From NCBI GenBank assembly GCA_937897635.1, contig CALCQI010000025.1, positions 53,749 to 117,748 on the forward strand: a DNA stretch of 64,000 bases, in the 5' to 3' direction. The notes below the pieces were generated by a model that had not been told where the DNA came from, ran no database searches, and saw nothing but the letters and a program-made list of their open reading frames with translations. The stretch comes from an uncultured Peptococcaceae bacterium. GTDB lineage: Bacteria; Bacillota; Dehalobacteriia; UBA4068; UBA4997. The stretch's first letter is position 1; the number at the start of each line of letters is the position of its first letter. Of the stretch, positions 1 through 9,530 are shown piece by piece. The position numbers and the translations under genes were made by a program.

Positions 1-1891
1 TTGTAGAACCCGCAGGTGTTTGGGAAGTAACTATATTGGAGCCATCCTTTATTTCGGAAGTAAGGCCGGCAATGGCAAGTACTTTTTCAGCCTCTTCCGC
101 AGTAAGGTTTATCACATTAGGAACTGCAATTTTTTTAGCAACAGTATTACCCCTAATTTTATTATCTTCAAGATTGCTAAGTTGGGAAACCACACCCAAA
201 TAACGTAAAGTATCCTCAATTACAACCTTGGCAACAGGGGCAGCTACCTGACCCCCTTGATACAAAGGCCCGCTGGGTTCATCTATCATTACCAGTACTG
301 TGATTTGGGGATCATCACAAGGAGCAACCCCTATAAAAGATGCCACATATTTACCGGGCAAATAACCGCCTTTGCCCGCTTTTTGAGCAGTACCTGTTTT
401 ACCACCTACCCTGTAGCCTTCTACATAAGCCTGACGCCCTGTACCTTCAGCAACCACGCTTTCCAGAATATCCCGCATTACAGAAGAACTATCTTCTGAA
501 ATAACACGGCGTACTTCCTTAACCTGAAAATCCCGTATCACATTACCGTCATTATCCACTATTCGTTTGATGATCTGCGGCTTCAACAAATTTCCCCCAT
601 TTACAACCGCTGATACTGCGGATACCATTTGTAAAGGTGTTACGGAAATGCCTTGGCCTATGGAGATAGTTCCTATATTAAGATCCGATAATTTTTCTTC
701 AGGTATCATTATACCAGCAGCTTCACCCGCAAGTTCTACACCCGTAGGCTTACCATAACCAAAATTTCTTATATAATCGTAAAACAGGCCTTCCTCTTTT
801 GCCTCTATCCTTAAGCCTACTTGCACCAAAGACGGGTTACATGAATTTTGCATAGTCTGCGCAAAGATTTGGTCACCGTGGGGTCTATAGCTGCGCCAGC
901 ACTTAATCCTTTTTGAGCCTATACTGTAATAGCCCTTGCAATAAAAATGATCACTAAGGCTTACCACTCCCGAATCATAAGCAGTAGATGCGGTAATAAT
1001 TTTGAAGGTGGAACCGGGTTCATAGGTATCTACTACCGCTTTATTCCTGCGTGTGGAATTGTCATAGTTTTGATAATCGTTAGGATCATAGGTAGGACGG
1101 TTTGCCATAGCCAATATTTCACCTGTCTTCGGGTTCATTATCAAAATACTGGCAGATGCAGGCGGATACTCGGAAGTCATAAGATTATCCAGCTCACGCT
1201 CGGCAAAATATTGGATAGTTTCATCTATTGTCAAAACTATGCTGTTACCATCCGTAGGCGGATTATATTCCTTTACGGCCTGTGGTATTTCAATACCTTT
1301 GGCATCATATTCCGTAACAATACTTCCCGCAGTACCCGAAAGCACATCGTCCTTGGCAATTTCCAGGCCTTCCAATCCCTGGTTATCAATACCTGCAAAA
1401 CCCAAAATATGAGCAGCCAAACTGCCCTTAGGGTAAAAACGCTGTGTTTCCTCAATGATTTTTATGCCGGGCATATCGGCATCTTCTATTTCTTGGCTTT
1501 TAGCAAAATCAACCTTGCGCTTGATCCATTCAAAAGAACTGTTTTTGGTGATTTTAGCCAAAATAGTTTCTTTATCCATTCCCAATATGCTTGCCAGCTT
1601 TTCAGCTGTCGCATCCGCCTCTCCTGAGGCTAAAACCTCTGTAGGTGCGGCATATATAGAATCGGCACTTAAGCTTATGGCAAGCTTTTTACCATTCCTA
1701 TCGTAAATGGTACCGCGCTTTGCAGCAACCGAAAGTTCTCTGGTTCTAAGGCTTTCCGCCTTGGCCTGCAATTCCTCGCCATTGACTAGCTGAACGTATG
1801 CTAAACGAATAATGATAGCTGAAAAAGCTATCATTAGAATTACAAAAGCCATAAACAGCCTCTTGCGTGTAAATAATTTATTTTTGACCAA
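1..1891 (-). CDS. Class B penicillin-binding protein (FtsI/SpoVD-type transpeptidase with C-terminal PASTA). It is partial: the C-terminus lies beyond the window start. Start is probably TTG at 1891 (alternative ATG at 1852).
   Basis: Not in the ORF track because it runs off the edge. Manual minus-strand translation gives the N-terminus 'KNKLFTRKRLFMAFVILMIAFSAIIIRLAYVQLV' (basic stretch plus a TM helix). Motifs found include '…NRPTYDPND', 'TYEPGSTFK' (SxxK active site), 'KTGTAQ' (KTG motif) and a PASTA-like tail. A GGAG lies 9 nt upstream of the TTG. Position directly after ftsL-rsmH-mraZ supports the call. Confidence 0.85.
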   Translation of the reverse strand, partial: MVKNKLFTRKRLFMAFVILMIAFSAIIIRLAYVQLVNGEELQAKAESLRTRELSVAAKRGTIYDRNGKKLAISLSADSIYAAPTEVLASGEADATAEKLASILGMDKETILAKITKNSSFEWIKRKVDFAKSQEIEDADMPGIKIIEETQRFYPKGSLAAHILGFAGIDNQGLEGLEIAKDDVLSGTAGSIVTEYDAKGIEIPQAVKEYNPPTDGNSIVLTIDETIQYFAERELDNLMTSEYPPASASILIMNPKTGEILAMANRPTYDPNDYQNYDNSTRRNKAVVDTYEPGSTFKIITASTAYDSGVVSLSDHFYCKGYYSIGSKRIKCWRSYRPHGDQIFAQTMQNSCNPSLVQVGLRIEAKEEGLFYDYIRNFGYGKPTGVELAGEAAGIMIPEEKLSDLNIGTISIGQGISVTPLQMVSAVSAVVNGGNLLKPQIIKRIVDNDGNVIRDFQVKEVRRVISEDSSSVMRDILESVVAEGTGRQAYVEGYRVGGKTGTAQKAGKGGYLPGKYVASFIGVAPCDDPQITVLVMIDEPSGPLYQGGQVAAPVAKVVIEDTLRYLGVVSQLSNLEDNKIRGNTVAKKIAVPNVINLTAEEAEKVLAIAGLTSEIKDGSNIVTSQTPAGST

Positions 1892-1976
1892 ACATATCAC
1901 TCCCAAGGAGAGCCTTAACTCATTAAATCAATTTATTTTAATATATTACCAGGAGCTCAACTTAATACCAAAAGCC

Positions 1977-2606
1977 TTAATTTGCCAACATACCCATTTG
2001 TTTTGAGTTAAGTGCACTTTTATACTGAGAAATCAATTTAGTAATAGCCGAAACCACAGGATGAACTTCCTTACCCTCAATAACCTCAATAGAAGCGGCA
2101 GCGGAAGTAGGAACTACCGTATCCATACCGGAGCTTGCTTTAGCTTCAGCAACCATAGCATTGCCAGTAACTGCTATTTCGGAGCTTATTTCCTTATATA
2201 AAATATGGTCTGCCGTAGGCTGTACCATACCAAGCTCAGTAACAGCATAAGCAGCAATACGCTCGGGAGAGCTCAATTCCTCCACCTGCAGCAGTAGTTT
2301 GGCATTGTCATTTTCTATATCCGCAATAGCCAGCTTGGTAGTATTTATTTCATAACCATACATGGTTATTTTGGCTTCCATGGCAGTATAAGTTAAAGCT
2401 ACCAACAGAATTGCAACTACCGTAAAAGTTATTCTAAATTTTACTCTTTTATTTCTTTCTTTTTTTTGGCAAACGCGTTCCTGATTCAATAGCTCCAGCT
2501 TCGCCTTTGCCTGTTTTTGCACAACATTGCTCGATTCATTTAAAAATTGTCTTGCTGCCAGCACATGAACGCACCACCCTACAATTTTTTTACAGCCTTT
2601 CAGCAA
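1977..2606 (-). CDS. ftsL: Cell division protein FtsL-like (basic cytoplasmic tail, one TM helix, coiled coil); exact start uncertain.
   Basis: Contains '[29 protein letters not shown]' (TM helix) followed by a coiled coil '[15 protein letters not shown]' and '[15 protein letters not shown]'. Located between rsmH and the PBP gene and overlaps the rsmH stop. Confidence 0.65.
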   Translation of the reverse strand: MLKGCKKIVGWCVHVLAARQFLNESSNVVQKQAKAKLELLNQERVCQKKERNKRVKFRITFTVVAILLVALTYTAMEAKITMYGYEINTTKLAIADIENDNAKLLLQVEELSSPERIAAYAVTELGMVQPTADHILYKEISSEIAVTGNAMVAEAKASSGMDTVVPTSAAASIEVIEGKEVHPVVSAITKLISQYKSALNSKQMGMLAN

Positions 2607-3525
2607 CCCTTAATTTGGCGCTTCTGGATCTGTGGTTGTTTTCCAGCTCCTCTTTCCCTGCCACAATAGGTTTACGGGTAATCAATTTTATTACAGGTTT
2701 TTTACCGCATATACAAACAGGGAACTCGGGCGGACAAGTACAACCTTTGGCCCAGGTTTTAAATTTGTCTTTTACTATCCTATCCTCCAAGGAGTGAAAA
2801 GTTATTACAGCCACTCTGCCGCCGGTTTTTAAAATAGTTAAAATATCCTCAAGCGCCCTATCCAAAATATTCAATTCATCATTTACAGCTATCCTAAGAG
2901 CTTGAAAAGTTCTTTTGGCAGGATGCTGATCCTCATATTTGCCTTTTGGCATGGCCTTTTTTATTAAATCCACTAATTCAAAGGTAGTTTCGATCCTTTT
3001 TTTTTGCCTTGCCTCAACTATCCTTGCGGCGATTCTTCTGGAATAACGCTCTTCCCCATACTTGTAAATAAGATTGGCAAGCTCCTCCTGCCCTAAGCTG
3101 TTTACCAAATCCGCCGCTGTAGCAGAAGCAGAATTTGTATCCATCCGCATATCTAAAGGTGCATCCGCCATATAGGAAAAGCCTCGCTCTTTTTCATCAA
3201 GCTGATGAGAAGAAACACCTATATCCAAAAGCACACCATCCACTTTTTCAATATTAAGGCTATAGACAACCTCTTTTATATTAACAAAATTATTTTTAAC
3301 TATTTTTATCTGCCTACCATAACAGCTTAAACGCTTTTGCGCGGCAACTATGGCATTTTCATCCTGGTCTATGCCAATAAGCATACCGCCATTATCAAGG
3401 CGTTTTGCTATTTCACTGCTATGACCCCCACCCCCCAAAGTACCATCTACATATATACCTTCGGGTTTTATGGCCAAAAGCTCTATTGTACTTGAAAGAA
3501 GTACGGGAATATGTTCAAAACTCAC
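2590..3525 (-). CDS. rsmH: 16S rRNA (cytosine1402-N4)-methyltransferase RsmH (MraW).
   Basis: 'HIPVLL', '[12 protein letters not shown]', '[10 protein letters not shown]' and '[10 protein letters not shown]' motifs, 311 aa; dcw-cluster context. Confidence 0.95.
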   Translation of the reverse strand: MSFEHIPVLLSSTIELLAIKPEGIYVDGTLGGGGHSSEIAKRLDNGGMLIGIDQDENAIVAAQKRLSCYGRQIKIVKNNFVNIKEVVYSLNIEKVDGVLLDIGVSSHQLDEKERGFSYMADAPLDMRMDTNSASATAADLVNSLGQEELANLIYKYGEERYSRRIAARIVEARQKKRIETTFELVDLIKKAMPKGKYEDQHPAKRTFQALRIAVNDELNILDRALEDILTILKTGGRVAVITFHSLEDRIVKDKFKTWAKGCTCPPEFPVCICGKKPVIKLITRKPIVAGKEELENNHRSRSAKLRVAERL

Positions 3526-3542
3526 AATATGACCGCCCTTCT

Positions 3543-3980
3543 TTAAATATCTATATCAAAATCGTTCAGATCCTCGGCAAGGGCTTCATAATCGGCAGCC
3601 GCTTCCTCACTGTAGCCGGACCAATGTGCCGAATCCCAAATTTCCAACCTATTGCCAACACCTATTATTATTACTTCTTTATCCAAGCCGGCAAATTTTC
3701 TAAGATGCGCGGCAACCAAAGCTCTGCCCAGTTTATCTGGTTCAACCACATCAGCTCCCGAAAAAAACAAGCGGCTGAAAGCACGTGCCTTGGCCTTAGT
3801 GAAAGAAAGCTTTTTTAGTTTATCCTCTAAGGCTTGCCATTCATTCATTGGATATACAAAAAGACAATTATCCAGCCCTTGAGTTATAACAAAGCTTTCA
3901 CCCAAGGCATCACGAAACTTGGCAGGAATACTTACCCGCCCTTTGGCATCTATGGAATGTTGGTACTGCCCAATAAACAT
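3543..3980 (-). CDS. mraZ: Transcriptional regulator MraZ. Start re-placed to the internal ATG that gives the canonical '[15 protein letters not shown]' N-terminus.
   Basis: Canonical MraZ N-terminus '[23 protein letters not shown]', with a second half-domain '…[34 protein letters not shown]'. GAGG sits 9 nt upstream of the ATG at 3980. The track start at 4019 would place the operator repeats inside the coding sequence. Confidence 0.9.
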   Translation of the reverse strand: MFIGQYQHSIDAKGRVSIPAKFRDALGESFVITQGLDNCLFVYPMNEWQALEDKLKKLSFTKAKARAFSRLFFSGADVVEPDKLGRALVAAHLRKFAGLDKEVIIIGVGNRLEIWDSAHWSGYSEEAAADYEALAEDLNDFDIDI

Positions 3981-4003
3981 AATGCCAAACCTCGTTTCTA
4001 TTT

Positions 4004-4030
4004 TACCACTTTTGCCCACTTCTTACCACT
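4004..4030 (-). promoter_or_regulatory. Putative MraZ operator: three direct GTGG(T/G) repeats at 10-bp spacing in the mraZ 5' UTR.
   Basis: Minus strand reads aaGTGGTaagaaGTGGGcaaaaGTGGTaaaat, i.e. three evenly spaced TGGGN-type repeats like those described for MraZ boxes, positioned between the predicted promoter and the RBS. Confidence 0.45.
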
Positions 4031-4040
4031 TGATATAATA

Positions 4041-4069
4041 AATATACCCTAAATTCTATAATATGGCAA
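4041..4069 (-). promoter_or_regulatory. Putative sigma-A promoter of the mraZ/dcw operon (-35 TTGCCA, 17 nt spacer, -10 TATATT).
   Basis: Hexamers read directly on the minus strand, about 60 nt upstream of the mraZ ATG. Confidence 0.4.
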
Positions 4070-4221
4070 GTATTTTTACTTATAAAAAAACAACCTTTTT
4101 CTGACAATTTATTCAACTTCCAATAAAAAAAACCCCTATATTGGGGGTTAATAAAAATATTTGCTGTTTTCCATACTATATATAGTATGATTTAATATTG
4201 AAAATTTTTTATTATTCTTTA

Positions 4222-4253
4222 CAAAAAAAGAGCAGGGTTTTTAACCCTGCTCT
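4222..4253 (-). terminator. Rho-independent terminator downstream of the M20 amidohydrolase gene.
   Basis: Perfect 9-bp stem agagcaggg / ccctgctct with a 7-nt loop, followed on the minus strand by a run of Ts. Confidence 0.6.
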
Positions 4254-4264
4254 TAAAAATATAC

Positions 4265-5446
4265 TTATTTATCTTCAGACGCTATCGTGTACATGGTTTC
4301 CGCCATGACTTCAACACCTGTTTTCAAGCATTTTTCATCAATATTGAATAACCGATGATGCCATGGATAATTCTCACCTTCACAACCGCAGCCATTTAAA
4401 TAATAAACAGAAGGTGCATATTGGCCGTAATAAGCATAATCCTCGCCTGCCAACAGGGAATATTTCATTTCTGAAAGTTTTAATTCAGGCTTAGCTTGAA
4501 CCACTTTACGCACAACATCGGTTATTTCCACATTATTCATTACAGGCGGATAACCATATAAATAGTTCAGCTGGTACTCCACACCCCAAGCCTGGGTAAC
4601 CCCCCTAAGCACTTCATGCATATGAGCAAGGGCTATATCTCTTGTTTCATTGTTAAGGCAGCGCAAGGTACCTGTCATTTCCACCCTGTCAGGAATAATG
4701 TTCTGGGCAGTACCGCCATGGATAGTACCTATAGTAATAACCAACGGCTCCATAGGATTATTCATACGGCTGGCAATAGTTTGCAATGCCACAACAGCTT
4801 CAGCAGCTACAATAATAGGGTCGCGCGTAACATGAGGTGAAGAACCATGACCGCCCCTGCCTTTTATGGTTAAATGAAAGTCATCCGCCACCGCAAAAAT
4901 AGTACCGTTCTTCAGCGCAATGGTACCGGCCGGATAAAGCGGGGAAACGTGCTGCCCCAATACAACATCTACATCAGGGTTTTTCAAAACCCCTGCTTCA
5001 ACCATATCCCTAGCGCCTCCCGGCGGCTTTTCCTCACGAGGCTGGAAAATAAATTTAAGTGTACCACCGGGCGGATTTTGTATCATCGCCTTAGCTACAC
5101 CCAACGCAATAGTCATATGGGCATCATGGCCACAAGCGTGCATACAACCACGATTGCGGGAACGATACTCAACCTCGTTGCCTTCTTCAATGGGCAGGGC
5201 ATCTATATCCGCACGTAAAGCTACACATTTTTTTTGGGGTTCACCTTCTAAAACAGCAAGCAAGCCATAGCCCGCAATATTGCTTTTTACTTTTAGCCCC
5301 ATAGCCTTCAATTCCTTTGCCAAATAAGCAGAGGTTTCTTTTTCTGCCCCCGAAATTTCAGGATACATGTGCAAATGCCTGCGCCATTTAATTAATGCTT
5401 CCTCGTCAATAGCTTGACTAACCGATGCATTAACCACACCACTCAT
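4265..5446 (-). CDS. M20D-family amidohydrolase (aminoacylase / hippurate-hydrolase type).
   Basis: 'RADIDALP', 'HACGHDAHMTIALGVAK' and 'GRGGHGSSPH' metal-binding motifs. Start set at the ATG (MSGVVNAS…), which has AAAGGTGG 8 nt upstream; the track's first codon is a GTG. Confidence 0.85.
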   Translation of the reverse strand: MSGVVNASVSQAIDEEALIKWRRHLHMYPEISGAEKETSAYLAKELKAMGLKVKSNIAGYGLLAVLEGEPQKKCVALRADIDALPIEEGNEVEYRSRNRGCMHACGHDAHMTIALGVAKAMIQNPPGGTLKFIFQPREEKPPGGARDMVEAGVLKNPDVDVVLGQHVSPLYPAGTIALKNGTIFAVADDFHLTIKGRGGHGSSPHVTRDPIIVAAEAVVALQTIASRMNNPMEPLVITIGTIHGGTAQNIIPDRVEMTGTLRCLNNETRDIALAHMHEVLRGVTQAWGVEYQLNYLYGYPPVMNNVEITDVVRKVVQAKPELKLSEMKYSLLAGEDYAYYGQYAPSVYYLNGCGCEGENYPWHHRLFNIDEKCLKTGVEVMAETMYTIASEDK

Positions 5447-5526
5447 TTTTAATACCACCTTTTATATTATAAATAACAAGCTAATAGCGAACCCAAAACA
5501 GGCTCGCTATAGTTGAATTTTAAAGC

Positions 5527-6309
5527 TTACTCGTTTTTAGCTTCGGATTTTTCCGCGGAAACGTCGTCTTTAGCTTCACTGCCACTATTTGAAGCTTCTT
5601 CATTAGGTTCAGCCACCTTACCATTTGCTTCGATCAATTGTTTCAAGGTTTCAATAGCCGAATCAATACTTTGCAAATATGTACTATCTGCGGGAAGTAA
5701 GGCTTTATAAACCTGCAATTCCTGCTTAGCATCCTGATAACGGCCAACACTTACTAAAAATTGGGTATAGGACATAGCAACTTCATAATTTGTGCTGTCT
5801 GTTTCTTTGGCCAGCAAATATTTTGTTTCCGCCTTTTCATTTTCACCCGCCATAGCATAGCTGTTAGCTGCTTTAACAATAAGCTGTGCTTTACCTGTAT
5901 TATTCAAGCCTTCAGGCGTATTGGCATAAGCCTCTTCAAAAAGCTTAGCTGCTTCCGCATATACGGGTTTAGATTTATCACTGTATTCTGTGCTCTTTGC
6001 GGTATCACCATCCGTAGCGGCTTGAGAAGCCGCATCAATATAAACACCTGCCTGGTTATACAAAAGCTCTGCCAAAGCATTTATGGATGCATAATCATTG
6101 GCTTTTTCCTGATAAGTGATCCTGGCTGTGTCAATAGCAGATTGATAACTTGCAATCTGTGCATTGTAATCTACTTTGCTGGTTACATCAGGAGCAGTTC
6201 TGCCGTTGGTTGCATAAACACCCAAAAGGCCAATAACCAGAACCACAAAAATAACGATCAAAAGCCATCTTCTTTTTTTAACACTTGTACGTAAAGACAG
6301 AATAGACAT
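5527..6309 (-). CDS. Membrane-anchored protein with TPR-like repeats (one N-terminal TM helix; acidic, low-complexity C-terminus).
   Basis: N-terminus 'KKRRWLLIVIFVVLVIGLLGVYA' is a signal-anchor. The rest is helical, Ala/Tyr-rich and repeat-like. No specific family recognised. Confidence 0.5.
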   Translation of the reverse strand: MSILSLRTSVKKRRWLLIVIFVVLVIGLLGVYATNGRTAPDVTSKVDYNAQIASYQSAIDTARITYQEKANDYASINALAELLYNQAGVYIDAASQAATDGDTAKSTEYSDKSKPVYAEAAKLFEEAYANTPEGLNNTGKAQLIVKAANSYAMAGENEKAETKYLLAKETDSTNYEVAMSYTQFLVSVGRYQDAKQELQVYKALLPADSTYLQSIDSAIETLKQLIEANGKVAEPNEEASNSGSEAKDDVSAEKSEAKNE

Positions 6310-6575
6310 TAGCTTTCCTCCATCAACAATAGTTTAGCCTAAAAATACTTTTAAACTCACTTATAGTATTATAATATATATTTTTCAATAAATCCAGTTT
6401 TAAAATAGAAAAGAGCTACAAAGTGCCATTAATAAAAAAGCTGTCATTCTGAACATAAGTGAAATATTTTACAAGATCCTTCGCTACGTTCAAAAAGAGA
6501 TAACAATAGTTAACACAATACAAGGTTTTATTATATAAAGAGTACTTTACCACTATTTTTTATTTTTAGTTATTT

Positions 6576-6998
6576 TTATACTATTGGCCCAAATTTTTCC
6601 AAACAGTTATGGCATCTTCCGTAAAATTCAAGCCTGTGCAAAGTAACCTGCCCCGGTATTTTAGTATTAGCCATTTTCAGTATTTCCTCACAAACAGGCG
6701 CATCAACATCATATACTCTGCCGCAATCCTGGCATACAAAATGATAATGTGGTATGGTATTGCCATCAAAGCGGCTGAAACCCTTACCATAATTAAGCTC
6801 TATAATAGCATTTTCATCAAGCAAAACCTGTAGGTTTCTGTAAACCGTACCCAAACTTATATCCGGCAAGCGTTTGCGAGCTTCAACATAAATGGCCTCC
6901 GCGGTTGGATGGCTTTTGGTACTGCAAAGAATTTCCTTTATGACCCGCCTTTGCTTGGTCATTCTTTTACACTTTAACTTTCCAGTATCCACTGACAT
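6576..6998 (-). CDS. Fur-family metalloregulator (Fur/PerR/Zur type).
   Basis: A winged-helix region 'AEAIYVEARKRLPDISLGTVYRNLQVL', followed by 'HYHFVCQDCGRVYDV…' and 'CHNCL' zinc-site cysteines. AGGAGG 7 nt upstream of the ATG at 6998. Confidence 0.85.
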   Translation of the reverse strand: MSVDTGKLKCKRMTKQRRVIKEILCSTKSHPTAEAIYVEARKRLPDISLGTVYRNLQVLLDENAIIELNYGKGFSRFDGNTIPHYHFVCQDCGRVYDVDAPVCEEILKMANTKIPGQVTLHRLEFYGRCHNCLEKFGPIV

Positions 6999-7020
6999 TT
7001 TAATTCCTCCTGCTTAAAGC

Positions 7021-7455
7021 TTAATTAACCAGTTTATAGGCTTTGCTTTCATTGAACATAGGCAATACTTCCACTGTTTCCCGGTTCAGGCCCAAAATAT
7101 CACCAAAGATCTTTTGCAATTCACCCAAAAGCCTGTTCAAAGAATATTCTGCATTTAAATATTCACTTACAACGGGGTTCAAGGAAAGAGCCATATACAT
7201 TTCCTCCAACAGTTCTTCCCTGTTCAAAATACCTTCGCCCATAAAATCGCTCATTCTTATGTGCAATTCCTGCTTTTTCATTTCATTTAAAACATTTATA
7301 TTATATTCATCCTGTTCCAATTTTGCCTTGGCAGATAAATACTGGTTATATTCCTTGCTTTGCCTTAAAAGATCGGCTAAGCTTTCGGCATTTTGCAGAA
7401 TTTTATGATTAACATCATTACTGTATTTACTATATTTTTTTTCATCTTTAGTCAT
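7021..7455 (-). CDS. YlbF/YmcA-family regulator (UPF0342-like).
   Basis: About 145 aa, all-helical, with the YlbF-like pattern (…SKEYNQYLSAKAKLEQDE…QELHIRMSDFMGEGI…EEL…). Start set at the ATG that has GGAGGTG 7 nt upstream. A possible promoter (TTGCAT, 17 nt, TATAAT) lies at about 7518-7548 on the minus strand. Confidence 0.5.
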   Translation of the reverse strand: MTKDEKKYSKYSNDVNHKILQNAESLADLLRQSKEYNQYLSAKAKLEQDEYNINVLNEMKKQELHIRMSDFMGEGILNREELLEEMYMALSLNPVVSEYLNAEYSLNRLLGELQKIFGDILGLNRETVEVLPMFNESKAYKLVN

Positions 7456-7575
7456 ATTTATCACCTCCAAACTGTAAATCCAAGCAATGTCTTTTTAATA
7501 ATATCTATTACTGATTAAATTATAACCCATCAGCTTGATTTATGCAATATTTATTTGTATACCTGCTTAGTGTCG

Positions 7576-7609
7576 CAAAAAGGGCATCGCAGCTGCGATG
7601 CCCTTTTTA
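7576..7609. terminator. Bidirectional rho-independent terminator downstream of the flx/hdr operon.
   Basis: A 22-nt perfect palindrome gggcatcgcag/ctgcgatgccc flanked by aaaaa on one side and ttttt on the other. Confidence 0.7.
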
Positions 7610-7642
7610 TGTTAAATAAAGCTATTGCAGTTAAATTCAGCT

Positions 7643-8485
7643 TTAGAATTCCTGTGGCAAGCCTTCCAGTTCAGCCATGGTGAATACGGGGCCGTCCAGG
7701 CAAATATATTTACTGCCGATATTGCAACGTCCGCATTTACCAATACCGCATTTCATCCTCATTTCCAAGGTAGTGATAACCTGGTCATTAGAGAAGCCCA
7801 TTTTGGTAAGGCTATCTAAGCAGAATTTGATCATGATGGGAGGTCCACATAATACAACCATCCGGTTATCGGGTTTGAAAGCTAATTCTTCCAAATATGC
7901 GGGCACAAAGCCAACGTGGCAAGCCAGCTCCTCGTCATCACAGTCTACCGTGATATGAACTTTAGTATCCTTCATAGCAGGCCAGTTAGTATAAAGGTCT
8001 TCTTTGAATACCAAGTCTTTAGCACTGCGGGCACCGTAAAGGATGTCTATTTTACCATAATCTTCACGGTTTTCAAAAGCATAACGGATAAAAGAACGTA
8101 CAGGCGCTAAACCGATACCACCGCCGATAAACAGCATATCCTTGCCCTTGCAGGCTTCCACGGGGAAAGTATTGCCATAAGCTCCGCGCACACCTACCTG
8201 CTGGCCTACACTCATTTCATGCAGGGCATCGGTAAGCATACCGCAGCGTTTGATAGCAAAATCCAAATAATCCTCGCCTTTGGCGGTAACGGAGAACATA
8301 CCTTCACCAACACCTATCAGAGAGAACATGCCCAATTGGCCGGGCATGGGATCGAATGGCTTTTTGCCGTCCAATGTTTGTACCCTGAAGGTTTTAGTAT
8401 CAGGAGTTTCATCAGTTATTTTAATAACATTGCAAATTTGCGGCACCAAAGGATTTTCGCCACAAGTACATTCATGATTAGTCAT
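7643..8485 (-). CDS. flxA: FlxA-like FAD/NAD(P)-binding oxidoreductase subunit with a C-terminal [2Fe-2S] site (HydG/AsrB/sulfide-dehydrogenase-beta-like).
   Basis: Ferredoxin-NADP-reductase-like fold ('…RVQTLDGK…', 'MLFIGGGIGLAPVRS') and a C-terminal 'CGIGKCGRC' cluster motif. Last gene of the hdr-flx operon, overlapping the upstream gene. Confidence 0.75.
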   Translation of the reverse strand: MTNHECTCGENPLVPQICNVIKITDETPDTKTFRVQTLDGKKPFDPMPGQLGMFSLIGVGEGMFSVTAKGEDYLDFAIKRCGMLTDALHEMSVGQQVGVRGAYGNTFPVEACKGKDMLFIGGGIGLAPVRSFIRYAFENREDYGKIDILYGARSAKDLVFKEDLYTNWPAMKDTKVHITVDCDDEELACHVGFVPAYLEELAFKPDNRMVVLCGPPIMIKFCLDSLTKMGFSNDQVITTLEMRMKCGIGKCGRCNIGSKYICLDGPVFTMAELEGLPQEF

Positions 8486-9530
8486 TGCTGCCAGCCTCCT
8501 TTAATGCTCCCACTTTATCGATAAACATCGTAATATCAAGGTCTACGGGGCAATCGGCAACACAACGGCCGCAACCCACACAAAGAGAACCTTTACCATA
8601 GCGGTCTTCAAAATAGGCCAGTTTATGCAGGAAACGGTTGCGCACACGTTCCTTTTTACTGGGACGTGGATTATGGCCACCCGCCATTCTGGTATATTCG
8701 GAGAACATGCAGGAATCCCAGCAGCGGAATTTATAGCCTTCATTGCCGCATTCTTTGCCCTCGATATCAAAACAATAGCAGGTTGGGCAAACATAAGTGC
8801 AAGTACCGCAGCCAATGCATTTTTGAGCAGTTTCCTGCCAAATATCGCTTTCAAACATTTTTACATTCATTAATTTTTTCTGCACACCATCCATATTTAC
8901 TTTTAAGGTGCACTCCAAAGCAGCGGCTTCACCATCCCCTTCTTCCAATAAGGGTTTCAGAAGGTTAACCAAAGCTTCGCCTTTTTCGGTTTGGGCTTTT
9001 ACGGCATAATAATCCCCTAAGTCGTTAAGCTGAACATCCGCGGTAGGTGCAGCTACAGGGTTTAAGCCCATAGAATCGCAGAAACAGGTAGGCAAAACCT
9101 TAGTGCAGCCAATAGCTACAGTTGTAAGGTTTTCTTTTTTCCTGGAGTAGAAGCTGTCTACATAACCGCGGGTAAGGAAAACCTCATCCATGCAATCTAT
9201 AGAGTGCATATCACAGCTGCGGATACCAAAAATGATTTGCTTATCGGTTTCTTTGATTTCTTCAAGGCTTTCCACCTGGGTAAGCCTGGTTTTGTATTTA
9301 TACATTTTTTCCGTTTGCGGGAAAAGGGCATCCTTGGGAGGCAACAGCGTATTTACGGCATCCATGGCCAATTCGCCCTCTGCACCCCAAGGCGCAAATT
9401 TGGTAACTCCTTCTATTTTCATAGGCACAAGTAAATTAGCTTCCTTGGCCATTAAATCGAAGGCCTGTTGTAATTTATTTTTCGCTAGTTTCAATTTTGG
9501 CACCCCCCTACATATACTCTTCATGGTCAT
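8478..9530 (-). CDS. flxB: FlxB-like iron-sulfur subunit (AsrA/HydB-like, 4Fe-4S dicluster).
   Basis: 'CIGCGTCTYVCPTCYC' and 'CVGCGRCVADCP' ferredoxin motifs, 350 aa. Matches the beta subunit of sulfhydrogenase / anaerobic sulfite reductase subunit A. Confidence 0.7.
   Translation of the reverse strand: MTMKSICRGVPKLKLAKNKLQQAFDLMAKEANLLVPMKIEGVTKFAPWGAEGELAMDAVNTLLPPKDALFPQTEKMYKYKTRLTQVESLEEIKETDKQIIFGIRSCDMHSIDCMDEVFLTRGYVDSFYSRKKENLTTVAIGCTKVLPTCFCDSMGLNPVAAPTADVQLNDLGDYYAVKAQTEKGEALVNLLKPLLEEGDGEAAALECTLKVNMDGVQKKLMNVKMFESDIWQETAQKCIGCGTCTYVCPTCYCFDIEGKECGNEGYKFRCWDSCMFSEYTRMAGGHNPRPSKKERVRNRFLHKLAYFEDRYGKGSLCVGCGRCVADCPVDLDITMFIDKVGALKEAGSND

Noticed and set aside
947-1706. Plus-strand ORFs of 226 aa and 83 aa inside the PBP region
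   Set aside because: Antisense shadows of the minus-strand PBP gene. Low-complexity Ile/Arg-rich translation and no RBS. The same applies to most plus-strand ORFs listed inside minus-strand genes throughout the window (for example 5761..6294, 14524..15108, 19102..19560, 26646..27101, 27286..27774, 36040..36552, 42279..42908, 56219..56770).
5459-5526. Imperfect hairpin tagcgaacc…ggctcgcta between the M20 amidohydrolase and the TPR gene as a terminator
   Set aside because: The stem has a mismatch and no clear T-run on the relevant strand. Too weak to call.
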